This document shows, piece after piece, positions 18,584 through 28,455 of a stretch of DNA of 40,850 nucleotides. The DNA is taken from positions 1 to 40,850 of the forward strand of contig JALVES010000081.1 in NCBI GenBank assembly GCA_027030635.1, read 5' to 3'. The notes beneath the pieces are model-generated. The model saw nothing but the letters and a program-made list of their open reading frames with translations. It ran no database searches and was not told the DNA's origin. The position numbers and the translations under genes are program-made. This DNA is from Saprospiraceae bacterium (lineage in GTDB: Bacteria > Bacteroidota > Bacteroidia > Chitinophagales > Saprospiraceae). The stretch's first letter is position 1. Every line of letters begins with the position of its first letter.

Positions 18584-19507
18584 ATGAAGTTTCCGGAACC
18601 ACTTCCTGTGCAGGAAGTTGCCCGTCTCACAGGCGCCCGCCTCTTGGGAAACACCGATTTGGTGCTTACAGGTATCAACGAAATTCACAAAGTTGAAGAA
18701 GGCGACCTCACTTTTTCTGATGTGGAAAAATACTTCCGCAAGGCGTTGGATTCTGCCGCCTCAGCGGTCATTCTGAACAAGGAGGTGGAGGTTCCTGCCG
18801 GCAAGGCTGTGTTGGTTTGTGACAATCCCTTTGAGGCGTATGACTCGCTGGTGAGGCGCTATCGCCCCTTTCGTCCTCTCACGGCCCGCATCAGCGATAC
18901 GGCCCGCATTCATCCTACGGCTGTGATTGAGCCGGGGGTTGTCATTGGTCATGAGGTGGAAATTGGAGAGGGGTGTTATATCCAGGCTCATGCTTACATT
19001 GGCGATTACAGCATCCTCGGCAAGCGGGTGATCGTACAGGCCGGGGCCATCATAGGCAGCGATGCCTTTTATTTCAAAAAAACAGAAGAGGGCTTCCTGC
19101 CCTGGCGCACGGGAGGCCGCGTCATACTCGAAGACGAGGTGCAAATAGGCGCCGGCAGCACGATCAACAAAGGCGTCTCCGGCGACACCATCATAGGCGA
19201 AGGCTCCAAGCTGGATTGCCAGGTACAAATCGGCCATGGCGTGGTGGTGGGCAAGCGCTGCCTGCTCGCAGCCCAGGTCGGCATAGGCGGCAAAACCATA
19301 CTCGAAGACGAGGTGGTGCTCTACGGCCAGGTCGGCATTGCACAAAACCTGCACATCGGAAGGGGCGCCGTCATTCTTGCCAAATCAGGCGTTTCCAAAA
19401 ACCTGGAGGGCGGCAAGGTATATTTCGGCTATCCCGCCTCGGAGGCTTCCGCCAAATATCGCGAACTGGCGGCTTTGCGCCGCTTGCCCGGGTGGATGAG
19501 GAAATAG
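18584..19507 (+). CDS. lpxD: UDP-3-O-acylglucosamine N-acyltransferase (LpxD-like)
   Basis: 307 aa. N-terminal domain ...LTGARLLGNTDLVLTGINEIHKVEEGDLTF, then long hexapeptide-repeat left-handed beta-helix (IHPTAVIEPGVVIGHEVEIGEGCYIQAHAYIGDYSILG...). Confidence 0.7.
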   Translation: MKFPEPLPVQEVARLTGARLLGNTDLVLTGINEIHKVEEGDLTFSDVEKYFRKALDSAASAVILNKEVEVPAGKAVLVCDNPFEAYDSLVRRYRPFRPLTARISDTARIHPTAVIEPGVVIGHEVEIGEGCYIQAHAYIGDYSILGKRVIVQAGAIIGSDAFYFKKTEEGFLPWRTGGRVILEDEVQIGAGSTINKGVSGDTIIGEGSKLDCQVQIGHGVVVGKRCLLAAQVGIGGKTILEDEVVLYGQVGIAQNLHIGRGAVILAKSGVSKNLEGGKVYFGYPASEASAKYRELAALRRLPGWMRK

Positions 19508-19542
19508 GGTGTAAAAAATTGCCGGATTTAAAAAACTTTTCT

Positions 19543-19550
19543 TACCTTTG
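19543..19550 (+). promoter_or_regulatory. -7 promoter box TACCTTTG
   Basis: Exact TAnnTTTG in the lpxD-rimP spacer. Confidence 0.4.
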
Positions 19551-19567
19551 CACCGGATTTGAGAGAA

Positions 19568-19597
19568 AGAGGGAACCATCGTTCCCTCTTTTTGTTT
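19568..19597 (+). terminator. Rho-independent terminator or attenuator hairpin
   Basis: agagggaac catc gttccctct followed by ttttgttt. It lies only about 18 nt downstream of the -7 box. Confidence 0.6.
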
Positions 19598-19647
19598 ATT
19601 AAATAGCAGCAAAGGGGGCTTTCCCCCAGGTAAACGGAGGTGTTTAC

Positions 19648-20130
19648 GTGGCAGAGCAAAAAATTCGCGATGTGCTTGAGCGCATCCTCAGCAGGGAGCC
19701 TTTTACGGATTGCTTTCTGGTTGAGCTAATTCTTCACCCGAACGACAAGTTAGAGGTCTTTATCGAGTGCGAAGGCGGCGTAACCTTCTCTCACTGCAAG
19801 CAATTGAGCAGGGCTCTTGAAGAAGTGCTCGACACAGAAGGCTGGCTGGGTGAGCGCTATGTGCTGGAGGTTTCTTCTCCCGGCATAGGCAGGCCTTTGA
19901 AGCATCGCCGCCAATACGACCTGAACGTAGGCCGGAAGCTGAAAGTCGAGCTCAAAGATGGTCGCACTTTGATCGGTCGCCTTGTAGGCATGGAGGATGA
20001 GCAGCTCAGGCTTCAACCTCTGCCACATAAAGGCAAAGGGAAGAAAGCCACTGCTGCAAAAAAACAAATGGAAGCGGTGGAAATACCTCTGGAAGAGGTC
20101 GCTTCCGCAAAAGTACAGGTAGAGTTTTAA
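19648..20130 (+). CDS. rimP: Ribosome maturation factor RimP
   Basis: 160 aa with GTG start. Contains LEVFIECEGGVTFSHCKQLSRALEEVLD...YVLEVSSPGIGRPL. It sits immediately upstream of nusA-infB. Confidence 0.85.
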   Translation: MAEQKIRDVLERILSREPFTDCFLVELILHPNDKLEVFIECEGGVTFSHCKQLSRALEEVLDTEGWLGERYVLEVSSPGIGRPLKHRRQYDLNVGRKLKVELKDGRTLIGRLVGMEDEQLRLQPLPHKGKGKKATAAKKQMEAVEIPLEEVASAKVQVEF

Positions 20131-20196
20131 CCGGCCTGTTGAGTTTTTGAAAACGAGATACGCAGGCCTTGAGATTGAAAGACAAAAAAGTAAACC

Positions 20197-21441
20197 ATGA
20201 ATCTGGCAGAAACCTTTAATGAGTTTAAAGCGGGAAAAAGCATTGACCGCCCGACTATGGTGCGGGTATTGGAGGATGTTTTTCGCACGCTTATCAAAAA
20301 GAAGTACGGTACAGATGAAAATTTCAACGTCATTGTAAACCCCAATGGCGACCTGGAATTGTGGCGCATACGTGAAATCGTGCCCGACGGCGAGGTCATG
20401 GACGACCGCGCTCAGATTGCCATTTCAGAAGCCCAAACCATAGATGAAGACTACGAAGTCGGGGAGGATTGCTATGAGCAACTGTACCTCGAAGAGTTTG
20501 GCCGCCGCGCCATCATGGCTGCCCGTCAGACGCTGATTTCCCGCATTCTGGAGTTGGAGAAAATTGAAAAATACAAGCGCTATGAGGCGCGTGTAGGCGA
20601 GATTGCCATAGGCGAAGTCAACCAAATCCTCAAGCGCGAAATTTTCGTCATTGACGATGCCACCGGCGACGAATTGGTCTTGCCGAGAAACGAGACCATC
20701 CGCGGAGATTTCTTCCGCAAAAACGACATCGTCCGGGCCGTTATTCGCAAGGTGGAAATGAAGAACAACAACCCCGTTATCATCATCTCTCGTACAGACA
20801 ACATGTTCCTCGAAAAGCTGATGGAGCAGGAAGTACCCGAGATCGAAGACGGGCTGATCAGCATCAAAAAGATCGTCCGCATTCCGGGCGAACGGGCCAA
20901 GGTGGCAGTAGAGACTTACGACGACCGCATTGACCCCGTCGGCGCCTGTGTAGGTATGAGAGGCTCGCGCATACACAGCATCGTACGCGAGCTGAACAAC
21001 GAAAACATAGACGTCATCAATTACACCACCAATGAATCGCTGCTCATTCAGCGTGCATTGACGCCGGCTAAAGTCAGCAACATCGAATTGGATACCGAAA
21101 ACCGCAGGGCAGCCGTCTATCTGGATGCAGACCAGGTATCTCTTGCCATTGGTCGTGGCGGCTCGAACATCAAGCTGGCCAGCAAACTGACCGGCTACGA
21201 AATTGACGTCTATCGCAAGCCCAGCGCCAATGAAATGGACGATGTGGATTTGGAAGAATTTGCAGATGAATTGGACGAATGGGTGATTGATACCCTCAAA
21301 GGCATCGGTTGTGATACCGCTCGCTCCGTCCTGGAATTGAGCACGGAAGAATTGGCTCGCCGGACAGATCTGGAAGAAGAGACCATTGAGCAAATCCGTG
21401 CCATTCTCGAGGCCGAGTTCGAAGAAGAGGAAGAATCTTAA
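20197..21441 (+). CDS. nusA: Transcription termination/antitermination factor NusA
   Basis: 414 aa. S1 domain (GEIAIGEVNQILKREIFV) and KH domains (DPVGACVGMRGSRIHSIVRELNNENIDVI, VSLAIGRGGSNIKLASKLTGYEIDV). Confidence 0.93.
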   Translation: MNLAETFNEFKAGKSIDRPTMVRVLEDVFRTLIKKKYGTDENFNVIVNPNGDLELWRIREIVPDGEVMDDRAQIAISEAQTIDEDYEVGEDCYEQLYLEEFGRRAIMAARQTLISRILELEKIEKYKRYEARVGEIAIGEVNQILKREIFVIDDATGDELVLPRNETIRGDFFRKNDIVRAVIRKVEMKNNNPVIIISRTDNMFLEKLMEQEVPEIEDGLISIKKIVRIPGERAKVAVETYDDRIDPVGACVGMRGSRIHSIVRELNNENIDVINYTTNESLLIQRALTPAKVSNIELDTENRRAAVYLDADQVSLAIGRGGSNIKLASKLTGYEIDVYRKPSANEMDDVDLEEFADELDEWVIDTLKGIGCDTARSVLELSTEELARRTDLEEETIEQIRAILEAEFEEEEES

Positions 21442-21452
21442 GCGAAACCAAC

Positions 21453-21487
21453 TTGCGTGGCAGATACCTCTGGTATATGCCACGCAA
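21453..21487 (+). other. Intercistronic extended hairpin between nusA and infB
   Basis: ttgcgtggc pairs with gccacgcaa (9 bp). An inner atacc/ggtat stem adds to it. A weak T-tract follows. Confidence 0.5.
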
Positions 21488-21493
21488 ATTTTA

Positions 21494-21501
21494 TACCTTT
21501 G
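21494..21501 (+). promoter_or_regulatory. -7 promoter box TACCTTTG upstream of infB
   Basis: Exact TAnnTTTG 24 nt upstream of the infB ATG. Confidence 0.4.
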
Positions 21502-21524
21502 TTACAAAATAACCTGACCGCTGA

Positions 21525-24410
21525 ATGGCCAAACGCTTAATAAAAGTTGCAACTGAATTGAATGTGGGCACCTCCACATTGGTGGAATTCCTTAAGGAAA
21601 AGGGCTTTGATGTGGAAAACAAGCCCACCACCAAGGTCTCCGAGGAGATGGAGGACCTGCTCTATCGCGAGTTTCAAAAAGACCTCGCCATCAAGCAAAA
21701 AGCCGACCAAATGGTGTTGGGGAATGCCCGCACCTCTTCTGCTGAGAAAACGGAAGCAGCCCCGTCTTCTTCTGTCGCAGATATTCTGAAAAAGAAAGCG
21801 GTAAGCCAGGAAGCAGCGCCTCCACCCGTCGAGGAGAAGAAGAAAGCTGTGGTTGAAGAGAAACCGGAATCTCCCAAGGTTGAAACTCCGCCCGCAGATA
21901 AAAAGGAGGCAAGACCCGAGCCAAAGGAAGAAACTCCCGAGCTTAAAAAAGAAAAAGCAGAGGAACCCGCCACGCCTAAGGTGGTCGTTGAAGCCCCTGA
22001 AAAAGAGGGCAGGGAAGAGGAAAAAACTAAAGAAAAAGTCAAGACTGTCAAAAAAGAAGCTCCGAAAAAGAAGCCAAAGAAAGAAGCTAAACCGGTCGCT
22101 GAAGCCGAAGAGCAAAAAGCCGGCAGCACCGAAAAAACCGCAGACGAAAAAACGGCTACTCCGACAGTCGAAACCAAGAAGGAAGTTGAGCCCGAGCCCG
22201 AGCCTGAAAAGAAAAAAGAGAAGGAAGACGAAACCATCCGGGCTGAGGGCCATGCCCTGCGCGGCTTGAAGATCATGGGCAAAATTGACGTCTCCAAAAC
22301 GGAGCGAAAACCTGCCAAAAAAGCGGAGAAAAAGAAAGCCGGCGAGAAGAAAAAGGAAAAGAAATCCAAGCCTGTGGCCTCTTCGGATTCCGTGCAGACC
22401 AAGCGCAAGCGCCGCCGCCGCGTATCTACTACCCGTGGTGGCAGCGGCCGTGGAAAGAAAGAGGAAGTTAAAGAGGTCATCTCCCAAAAAGAAATTGAAG
22501 AGAAAATCAAGGCCACCATGGCCCGCATCTCCGGTGCAGGCAAGAAAAGAGGCCAGAAAATACGCCGCGATAAGCGCGAGCGCCTGCGTGAAAAACAAGA
22601 ACTGCGCGAGCAAAGCCAGGTTTCTGAAAACTTGCAGGTAACAGAATTTATCACCGTGCAGGAACTGGCCAACCTCATGGAGGTGGAGCCCGCAGAAATC
22701 ATCACCGTTTGCATGAATGTGGGCATCTTTGCCGGCATCAACCAGCGGTTAGAAAAAGAAATCATCGAGCTTGTAGCTGAAGAGTTTGGCTATCAGGTCG
22801 AGTTTATAGATGCGGCAGAAGAACTGGAAACTGAAGAAGAAATCGTAGATGCTCCCGAAGACCTGAAGCCCCGCCCGCCCATCATCACGGTCATGGGGCA
22901 TGTGGACCATGGTAAAACTTCTTTGCTCGATTACATTCGCAAATCAGATGTAACAGCCAGAGAATCGGGAGGTATTACCCAACACATCGGCGCTTACGAA
23001 ATAAGTGTAGATACCAAAGAAGGCACGCGAAAGATCACTTTTCTGGATACACCGGGGCACGAAGCCTTTACGGCTATGCGCGCCCGCGGAGCCAAAGTAA
23101 CCGACATCGCCATCATCATCATTGCTGCCGACGACAGCATCATGCCTCAAACGCGTGAAGCCATCAGCCACGCACAAGCTGCGGGCGTGCCGCTCATCTT
23201 TGCCATCAATAAAATAGATAAACCGGGAGCCAAGCCCGAACGCATCAAACAGGAATTGGCAGCCATGAACCTGCTGATCGAAGAATGGGGCGGCGAATAT
23301 CAATCCCAGGAAATTTCTGCCAAGACAGGGCAGGGCGTTCCCGAGCTGTTGGAAAAAATCCTGCTGGTAGCTGACCTGATGGACCTCAAGGCCAACCCCA
23401 ACCGCAAAGCCATAGGAACGGTACTCGAAGCCTCTCTGGATAAAGGCCGCGGTTATCTCGCTAAACTGCTGGTGCAAAACGGAACCCTGCGCATCGGCTC
23501 GCCCATCGTTGCAGGCCAGCACGCCGGTAAAATCAAAGCGCTTTACAACGAATACGGCACGCGCCTGAAAGAAGCAGGCCCCTCCACGCCCGTCCTGGCA
23601 CTGGGCCTCCACGGAGCGCCCCAAGCCGGCGAACGCTTCAAAGAAATGGAGACCGAGCAGGAAGCAAGAGCCCTTGCCAATCGCCGTGCTCAAATTGCCC
23701 GCGAACAAACCCATCGCGCTACCAAACGCCTCAGCTTAGATGAAATCGGACGCCGCATCGCCTTGGGCGAGTTTAAAGAACTCAACCTCATCGTCAAAGG
23801 TGATGTGGATGGCTCTGTGGAAGCATTGGCCGATTCCTTCCTCAAGCTTTCTTACGAGAAAGTGCAAGTCAACATCATCCACAAAGGTGTGGGCCAAATC
23901 GTGGAATCGGATGTCCTGCTTGCGTCCGCTTCCGATGCCATCATCGTAGGCTTCCAGGTAAAACCCTCCCTCGCTGCCCGCAAACTGGCCGAACGGGAGC
24001 ACGTCCAAATACGTACCTACTCCGTCATCTACGAGGCCATCAATGAGATCAAGGATACCATCCACGGCATGCTTGCACCTACCAAAGAAGAACACGTGCT
24101 GGCTACACTCGAAGTACAACAGGTATTTAAAATCCGCAAGGTGGGAATGGTGGCAGGTTGCGTCGTGCAGGATGGCAAAATTACCCGCGATGCCAAAGTG
24201 CGCGTTATCCGAAATGGCTTGGTCATTTTCCCCAACAAGGAAGGCGTCGAAGCCGAGCTCGGCTCGCTCAAGCGCTTCCAGGAAGATGTCAAAGAAGTCA
24301 AAGCCGGACAGGATTGCGGCCTGACGATCAAGAACTTCAATGACGTCAAAGTGGGCGACGTCATTGAAGCCTATGAGATTGTGGAAGTTGAACCGAGCCG
24401 TCAATCGTAG
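21525..24410 (+). CDS. infB: Translation initiation factor IF-2
   Basis: 961 aa. Long K/E/P-rich N-terminal region. GTPase motifs: G1 [15 protein letters not shown]3 DTPGHEAF, G4 NKID. Conserved C-terminal domains. Confidence 0.95.
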   Translation: MAKRLIKVATELNVGTSTLVEFLKEKGFDVENKPTTKVSEEMEDLLYREFQKDLAIKQKADQMVLGNARTSSAEKTEAAPSSSVADILKKKAVSQEAAPPPVEEKKKAVVEEKPESPKVETPPADKKEARPEPKEETPELKKEKAEEPATPKVVVEAPEKEGREEEKTKEKVKTVKKEAPKKKPKKEAKPVAEAEEQKAGSTEKTADEKTATPTVETKKEVEPEPEPEKKKEKEDETIRAEGHALRGLKIMGKIDVSKTERKPAKKAEKKKAGEKKKEKKSKPVASSDSVQTKRKRRRRVSTTRGGSGRGKKEEVKEVISQKEIEEKIKATMARISGAGKKRGQKIRRDKRERLREKQELREQSQVSENLQVTEFITVQELANLMEVEPAEIITVCMNVGIFAGINQRLEKEIIELVAEEFGYQVEFIDAAEELETEEEIVDAPEDLKPRPPIITVMGHVDHGKTSLLDYIRKSDVTARESGGITQHIGAYEISVDTKEGTRKITFLDTPGHEAFTAMRARGAKVTDIAIIIIAADDSIMPQTREAISHAQAAGVPLIFAINKIDKPGAKPERIKQELAAMNLLIEEWGGEYQSQEISAKTGQGVPELLEKILLVADLMDLKANPNRKAIGTVLEASLDKGRGYLAKLLVQNGTLRIGSPIVAGQHAGKIKALYNEYGTRLKEAGPSTPVLALGLHGAPQAGERFKEMETEQEARALANRRAQIAREQTHRATKRLSLDEIGRRIALGEFKELNLIVKGDVDGSVEALADSFLKLSYEKVQVNIIHKGVGQIVESDVLLASASDAIIVGFQVKPSLAARKLAEREHVQIRTYSVIYEAINEIKDTIHGMLAPTKEEHVLATLEVQQVFKIRKVGMVAGCVVQDGKITRDAKVRVIRNGLVIFPNKEGVEAELGSLKRFQEDVKEVKAGQDCGLTIKNFNDVKVGDVIEAYEIVEVEPSRQS

Positions 24411-25699
24411 TGAAAACGCTGTCAGCTTTCTCTCAAAAGGTTGAAGCAAGCCCCGCCGAATTTCGCAAGCGTTTGCTCCTCGCTTTGATAGCTTTGGTAC
24501 TGCCCCTTTCCCGTCCGCTTGCCGGCCTGGCAGTGTTTGTGGCGATTTTGCATGAGTTCTTTTCTATGGCAGCTTCTTTGCGCAGAGGGCAAAAGCCGGC
24601 CATTCGATTTTCTGCTCCGCTCAAGGTTTCCATGCTTTTGTTTGCGTTCTATTTTGCGAGCCTCTTTTATGCCGATGATTTCATCTTCAGTTGGCATAAG
24701 TTGGAGACCAGGCTCTGCCTGCTGTTTTGCCCCCTGCTGTTTGGCCTAAATTACTCGCCTTCGGCGGGGCGGTACATTCCCAAAGCGTTTATCCTCGGCA
24801 ATTTACTGGCCGTTTTGTACTCGCTTGGGGCTGCAGGCCTGGAGACCTTCAGTACGGGAGTGAACCACTTTCACTACATGAAGTTGAGCGCCTATCTGCA
24901 TTTGCATCCTACGGTGTTTTCGCTTTATCTCTTTGTGTCCCTCTTTTTTCTGTTGGATGAGTGGGCGCAGTCGGGTGAATTTAAGTGGAAGCCTTTATTG
25001 CCTCGCCTTGCTGTTGCGATTTTGTTTTTAGTCTTCATCCTGCTGCTTTCGGCCCGCATGGCTATGATGAGCGGGTTTTTACTTCTCGGCATCTATCTTT
25101 TTAGGCTGTTGTATGTGCGCAAGGGTTTTTTGCAAAGCTTTGGGTGGATGTTGTTGGCCTTGACTTTGAGTTCGGCGGCGGCATGGAGCATACCTTCTAC
25201 CCGTTATCGCTTGCAGGTTTTGTTGCAGGGTGAAGAGCGGGGGAAGCAGGCGCCCAATGTGCGTTGGGAAATTTGGGATGCCGCAACACAACTCGCAGCA
25301 AAAGCTCCCCTTTGGGGCTATGGCTTGGGCGATGTGGACACGCTTTTAGTCAACAAGTATGAGGAGCTGGATTACTGCAAACCCTATGGCGAGCGCTACA
25401 ACGCCCACAACCAGTTTTTACAAACCCTGCTCGCGACCGGCTGGCCCGGGCTTCTCGTCTTTCTGTGCATGCTCTTTCTGGGCTTTCGCCGGCATTTCCC
25501 GAAAGGGAGAACAAACAGTCCGGCTCAACAGGGAGAAACGTTTGGCAGGCAACAGGCGTTTAAATCGCCCGGACAGTTGCCGGCACTCTTCTTCATGCTC
25601 TTGCTGACCATCAATTTCTCAACCGAAAGTCTGTTGGAAACGCAACAGTCGCTCATCTTTTTTTCGTTTTTTTACAGCTATTTCACCTTTTCCGATTAA
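24410..25699 (+). CDS. O-antigen ligase / Wzy_C-like polytopic membrane protein
   Basis: 429 aa with about 10 TM helices. Motif YNAHNQFLQTLLATGWPGLLVF is typical of O-antigen ligase family loops. The GTG start overlaps the infB stop (TAGTG), so the true start is uncertain. Confidence 0.6.
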   Translation: MKTLSAFSQKVEASPAEFRKRLLLALIALVLPLSRPLAGLAVFVAILHEFFSMAASLRRGQKPAIRFSAPLKVSMLLFAFYFASLFYADDFIFSWHKLETRLCLLFCPLLFGLNYSPSAGRYIPKAFILGNLLAVLYSLGAAGLETFSTGVNHFHYMKLSAYLHLHPTVFSLYLFVSLFFLLDEWAQSGEFKWKPLLPRLAVAILFLVFILLLSARMAMMSGFLLLGIYLFRLLYVRKGFLQSFGWMLLALTLSSAAAWSIPSTRYRLQVLLQGEERGKQAPNVRWEIWDAATQLAAKAPLWGYGLGDVDTLLVNKYEELDYCKPYGERYNAHNQFLQTLLATGWPGLLVFLCMLFLGFRRHFPKGRTNSPAQQGETFGRQQAFKSPGQLPALFFMLLLTINFSTESLLETQQSLIFFSFFYSYFTFSD

Positions 25700-25744
25700 A
25701 CGGCATTTGCCGAAAGGCATCTAAAAGAGCGTTGGGAACAACTT

Positions 25745-26347
25745 TTGATACCGAAAATTCCGACCAAATTGGAGTACGTAGAAGACCACGGCGTTTCAGT
25801 TGATGAGCAGATATTGTACCTCTTGCAGGTCAAAGGCGATTTTGACAAGGGTTTTAAACTGCTGATGGAACAGTATGAAGAGCGCCTCTACTGGCACATC
25901 CGTGGTATGGTGAACACCCATGAAAATGCCAACGACGTAGTCCAAAACACCCTGGTAAAAGTGTTCCGAAACATTGCCAAATTCAAAGGGCAGTCAAAGC
26001 TCTACACCTGGCTGTATCGCATAGCCACCAACGAAGCGCTGACTTTCCTCAAGAAGGAACAAAGGCGGCATTCCGAAGACCTCGATGGCGAAGAGAAAAA
26101 CCATCTGAATACGCTACCGGCCAGCAGCTCTGTAGATGGCGAGCAAGCCTGGGAAGCACTGCAAAAGGCCATTGAACAATTGCCTGACAAGCAAAAAACG
26201 GTCTTCGTTTTGCGCTATTTCGACGAAATGAGCTATCGCGATATGTCGGAAACGCTGAAAACCTCGGAAGGAGCCCTCAAAGCCTCTTTTCACCACGCTC
26301 TCAAAAAGGTTGAAAAATACCTGCGGGAAACAGAACTGTACTGTTAA
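25745..26347 (+). CDS. ECF-type RNA polymerase sigma-70 family factor
   Basis: 200 aa. Region 2 ANDVVQNTLVKVFRNIAKFKGQSKLYTWLYRIATNEALTFLKK. Region 4 VFVLRYFDEMSYRDMSETLKTSEGALKASFHHALKKVEKYL. There is no in-frame ATG before region 2, so a TTG start is assumed. Confidence 0.85.
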   Translation: MIPKIPTKLEYVEDHGVSVDEQILYLLQVKGDFDKGFKLLMEQYEERLYWHIRGMVNTHENANDVVQNTLVKVFRNIAKFKGQSKLYTWLYRIATNEALTFLKKEQRRHSEDLDGEEKNHLNTLPASSSVDGEQAWEALQKAIEQLPDKQKTVFVLRYFDEMSYRDMSETLKTSEGALKASFHHALKKVEKYLRETELYC

Positions 26348-26350
26348 AAT

Positions 26351-26869
26351 ATGCGCAACATGAAAAATAAAGAACTGCATAAAGAACTCAAAGAGCAGGC
26401 CCCCATCCTGAGTGAGCTCAAGAAAAAAGGCTATAAGCCTACACTACCCGATGGCTATTTCGAGCAACTTCGCAGAGAAGTGCGGGCGCAATTAGAAACC
26501 CCGGCACCTGCAAAGAGCCGGCATGTGCGCAAAATGGCCTTTTCGCCCTTACGCCTCGCTGCATCGGTGAGCCTCCTGATCGGACTTTCCTTCCTGCTCT
26601 TTCACTTTCTGAGGATGCCGCAACTTTCGGGAACGGAAAACATAGCCTCAGCCGAAGAAATTGAAGCCTATGTCTTTAGCCATATTGATGAATTTGACGA
26701 AGACATGTTGCTCGAGTACTATGTGGCCGATGAAGCAAATGGCAAAGAGGCCGAGAGCGCGACCAAAGAAGAAGACCCTTTCCAGGCCATTCCGGACCAG
26801 GAGCTGGATGAGTATCTGGATGACATCTTAGATGACATTGACGAGACCACCCTTGAAAACCTTTTGTAA
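26351..26869 (+). CDS. Putative anti-sigma factor (single-pass membrane protein, acidic C-terminus)
   Basis: 172 aa, starting 3 nt after the sigma gene. One TM helix LRLAASVSLLIGLSFLLFHFL. D/E-rich tail. Confidence 0.55.
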   Translation: MRNMKNKELHKELKEQAPILSELKKKGYKPTLPDGYFEQLRREVRAQLETPAPAKSRHVRKMAFSPLRLAASVSLLIGLSFLLFHFLRMPQLSGTENIASAEEIEAYVFSHIDEFDEDMLLEYYVADEANGKEAESATKEEDPFQAIPDQELDEYLDDILDDIDETTLENLL

Positions 26870-26893
26870 CAAACCACAAAATTTAGAACAATC

Positions 26894-27358
26894 ATGAGAA
26901 AGGCACTTTTGTTACTGGCATGTGTACTTGGCTTTGTACACTTACAGGCCCAGCCCGGCCCCGGCGGGCGGAATCATCAAAAGATCGAAGCCATGCGCGT
27001 CAGCTTCATTACTACAGAGATGCAACTGACCCCCGAAGAAGCTGAAAAGTTTTGGCCCATTTATAACGAATACCGGGAAAAGGTGAAGGCCATTCGCCAA
27101 TCCGGAAATGAACTGGACAAGCCCGTTATGGACCTGAGCGAAGAAGAAGCCAGGGCTTTTATCGAGCAGCGCATGGACAGGGAGGAAGAATTGATGCGCC
27201 TGAAGCGGGAGTATTATCTCCGCCTGCGAGAGGTAGTCTCTGCCCGCAAGCTCATCCTCTTAGAGCGGGCCGAGCGCAAATTCAAGGAGCAACTGCTCCG
27301 CGAGATGCAAAAACGCAGGCAAAGACAAGATGGGCCTCCGCGAAGGCATAAAAAGTGA
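26894..27358 (+). CDS. Periplasmic Spy/CpxP-like (LTxxQ-type) helical protein
   Basis: 154 aa. Signal peptide MRKALLLLACVLGFVHLQAQ. LTPEEAEKFWPIYNEY motif. K/E/R-rich helical repeats. Third gene of the ECF operon. Confidence 0.5.
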   Translation: MRKALLLLACVLGFVHLQAQPGPGGRNHQKIEAMRVSFITTEMQLTPEEAEKFWPIYNEYREKVKAIRQSGNELDKPVMDLSEEEARAFIEQRMDREEELMRLKREYYLRLREVVSARKLILLERAERKFKEQLLREMQKRRQRQDGPPRRHKK

Positions 27359-27363
27359 GTGAA

Positions 27364-27393
27364 ACGGCCGGATGTTTATCCGGTCGTTTTTTT
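27364..27393 (+). terminator. Rho-independent terminator
   Basis: acggccggat gttt atccggtcgt has one G-U pair and is followed by T6. It overlaps the stop of the convergent oxidoreductase. Confidence 0.7.
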
Positions 27394-28411
27394 ATGTTAG
27401 CTGCAAAACGACCTTCCCCGTTGTTTTCCCCGACTGGAACAGCCTCAGGGCCTCCGGCAGTTCTTCAAACGGCAGGCGGTGCCCGACGCGGGGTTTGCCG
27501 AGATTGAGCCGTTCGAGTTCGCTCAATTGTTGGCGCATGGTTTCGATTTGGCCGTAGAGGTAGATGAGGTTGAAGCCGAGGATACCCACATTGCGATGCG
27601 TCATGGCCTGAGGGTCTATCTTTGGGCGGGTGAAATACTGCCACATCAGGCGCAGGTAGTTGGGCTTGTCGCCGGTATTGGTATAGCGGGCAGCGCCATA
27701 GACGATCATGCGGCCCTGTGAGGCGAGGCGTTGCCAGGCTTCCGCCAAAACCCTGCCGCCTATGCACTCCATGACGAGCTGCAGGGGACGCTCTCCCAAG
27801 GCTTCGTCCAATTGCTCGCCAAAGTTTTTGCTGCGGACGATGACTTTGTCATAGCCCTCTTCCCTGCAATAAGCCACCTTCTCCGGACGGCTGACGGTGC
27901 CAATAGTATAGGCACCATATTTTTTGGCGATGCGATTGGCAAAAGTACCCACGCCACCGGCAGCGCTGTGGATGAGGACGGTCATGCCTTTCTGCAAATC
28001 GCCTAATTTCACCAGGGCGTAATAGGCCGTGAGCGCCTGTACGGGATAGGCGGCGCCTTCTTCAAAACTCCAGCCTTCGGGCAGGGGGTTGAGGTAGTCT
28101 TCGCTGTGAAGAATGTGACTGACATAGGCCCCAAAGCGGGTAACGCCCATAACGGCATCGCCCTCCTTAAAACGCCTGACCTCCGGGCCCGTGGCGATGA
28201 CTTCGCCGGCAAATTCCAGGCCGGGCACAAAGGCCTCTTTGGGCGCCGCCTGGTAAAGCCCCTTTACGGAAAAAACATCGGCAAAATTCAATCCAATAGC
28301 CCGCACTTGCACGAGAACCTGCCGGCCCGAAGGCATGGGCAAATGCTCCTCAACCAATTTGAGATTGGACAGACTTCCGGGGTTTACGTACCAGGCTTTG
28401 CGTTTTGTCAT
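27392..28411 (-). CDS. NADPH:quinone oxidoreductase / zinc-type alcohol dehydrogenase-like (MDR superfamily)
   Basis: 339 aa. Contains GLNFADVFSVKGLY, PGLEFAGEV and the nucleotide-binding motif VLIHSAAGGVGTFA. Confidence 0.85.
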   Translation of the reverse strand: MTKRKAWYVNPGSLSNLKLVEEHLPMPSGRQVLVQVRAIGLNFADVFSVKGLYQAAPKEAFVPGLEFAGEVIATGPEVRRFKEGDAVMGVTRFGAYVSHILHSEDYLNPLPEGWSFEEGAAYPVQALTAYYALVKLGDLQKGMTVLIHSAAGGVGTFANRIAKKYGAYTIGTVSRPEKVAYCREEGYDKVIVRSKNFGEQLDEALGERPLQLVMECIGGRVLAEAWQRLASQGRMIVYGAARYTNTGDKPNYLRLMWQYFTRPKIDPQAMTHRNVGILGFNLIYLYGQIETMRQQLSELERLNLGKPRVGHRLPFEELPEALRLFQSGKTTGKVVLQLT

Positions 28412-28455
28412 GGAAAATGTGTTTTGATTTCAAGCGCAAGGTAAGGAGAATTGAG

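Noticed and set aside
18973-19602. 209-aa alternative-frame ORF inside lpxD
   Set aside because: It is an Arg/Gly/His-rich translation of the hexapeptide-repeat DNA in the wrong frame.
20425-21483. 352-aa antisense ORF opposite nusA
   Set aside because: NusA S1 and KH motifs are clear on the plus strand. The antisense product has no features.
21537-22765. Two long antisense ORFs (358 aa and 363 aa) opposite the infB 5' region, plus same-strand alternative-frame ORFs
   Set aside because: They arise from the K/E/P-rich low-complexity coding repeat of IF-2 and translate to F/L/S/R-rich nonsense. The infB frame has unmistakable IF-2 motifs.
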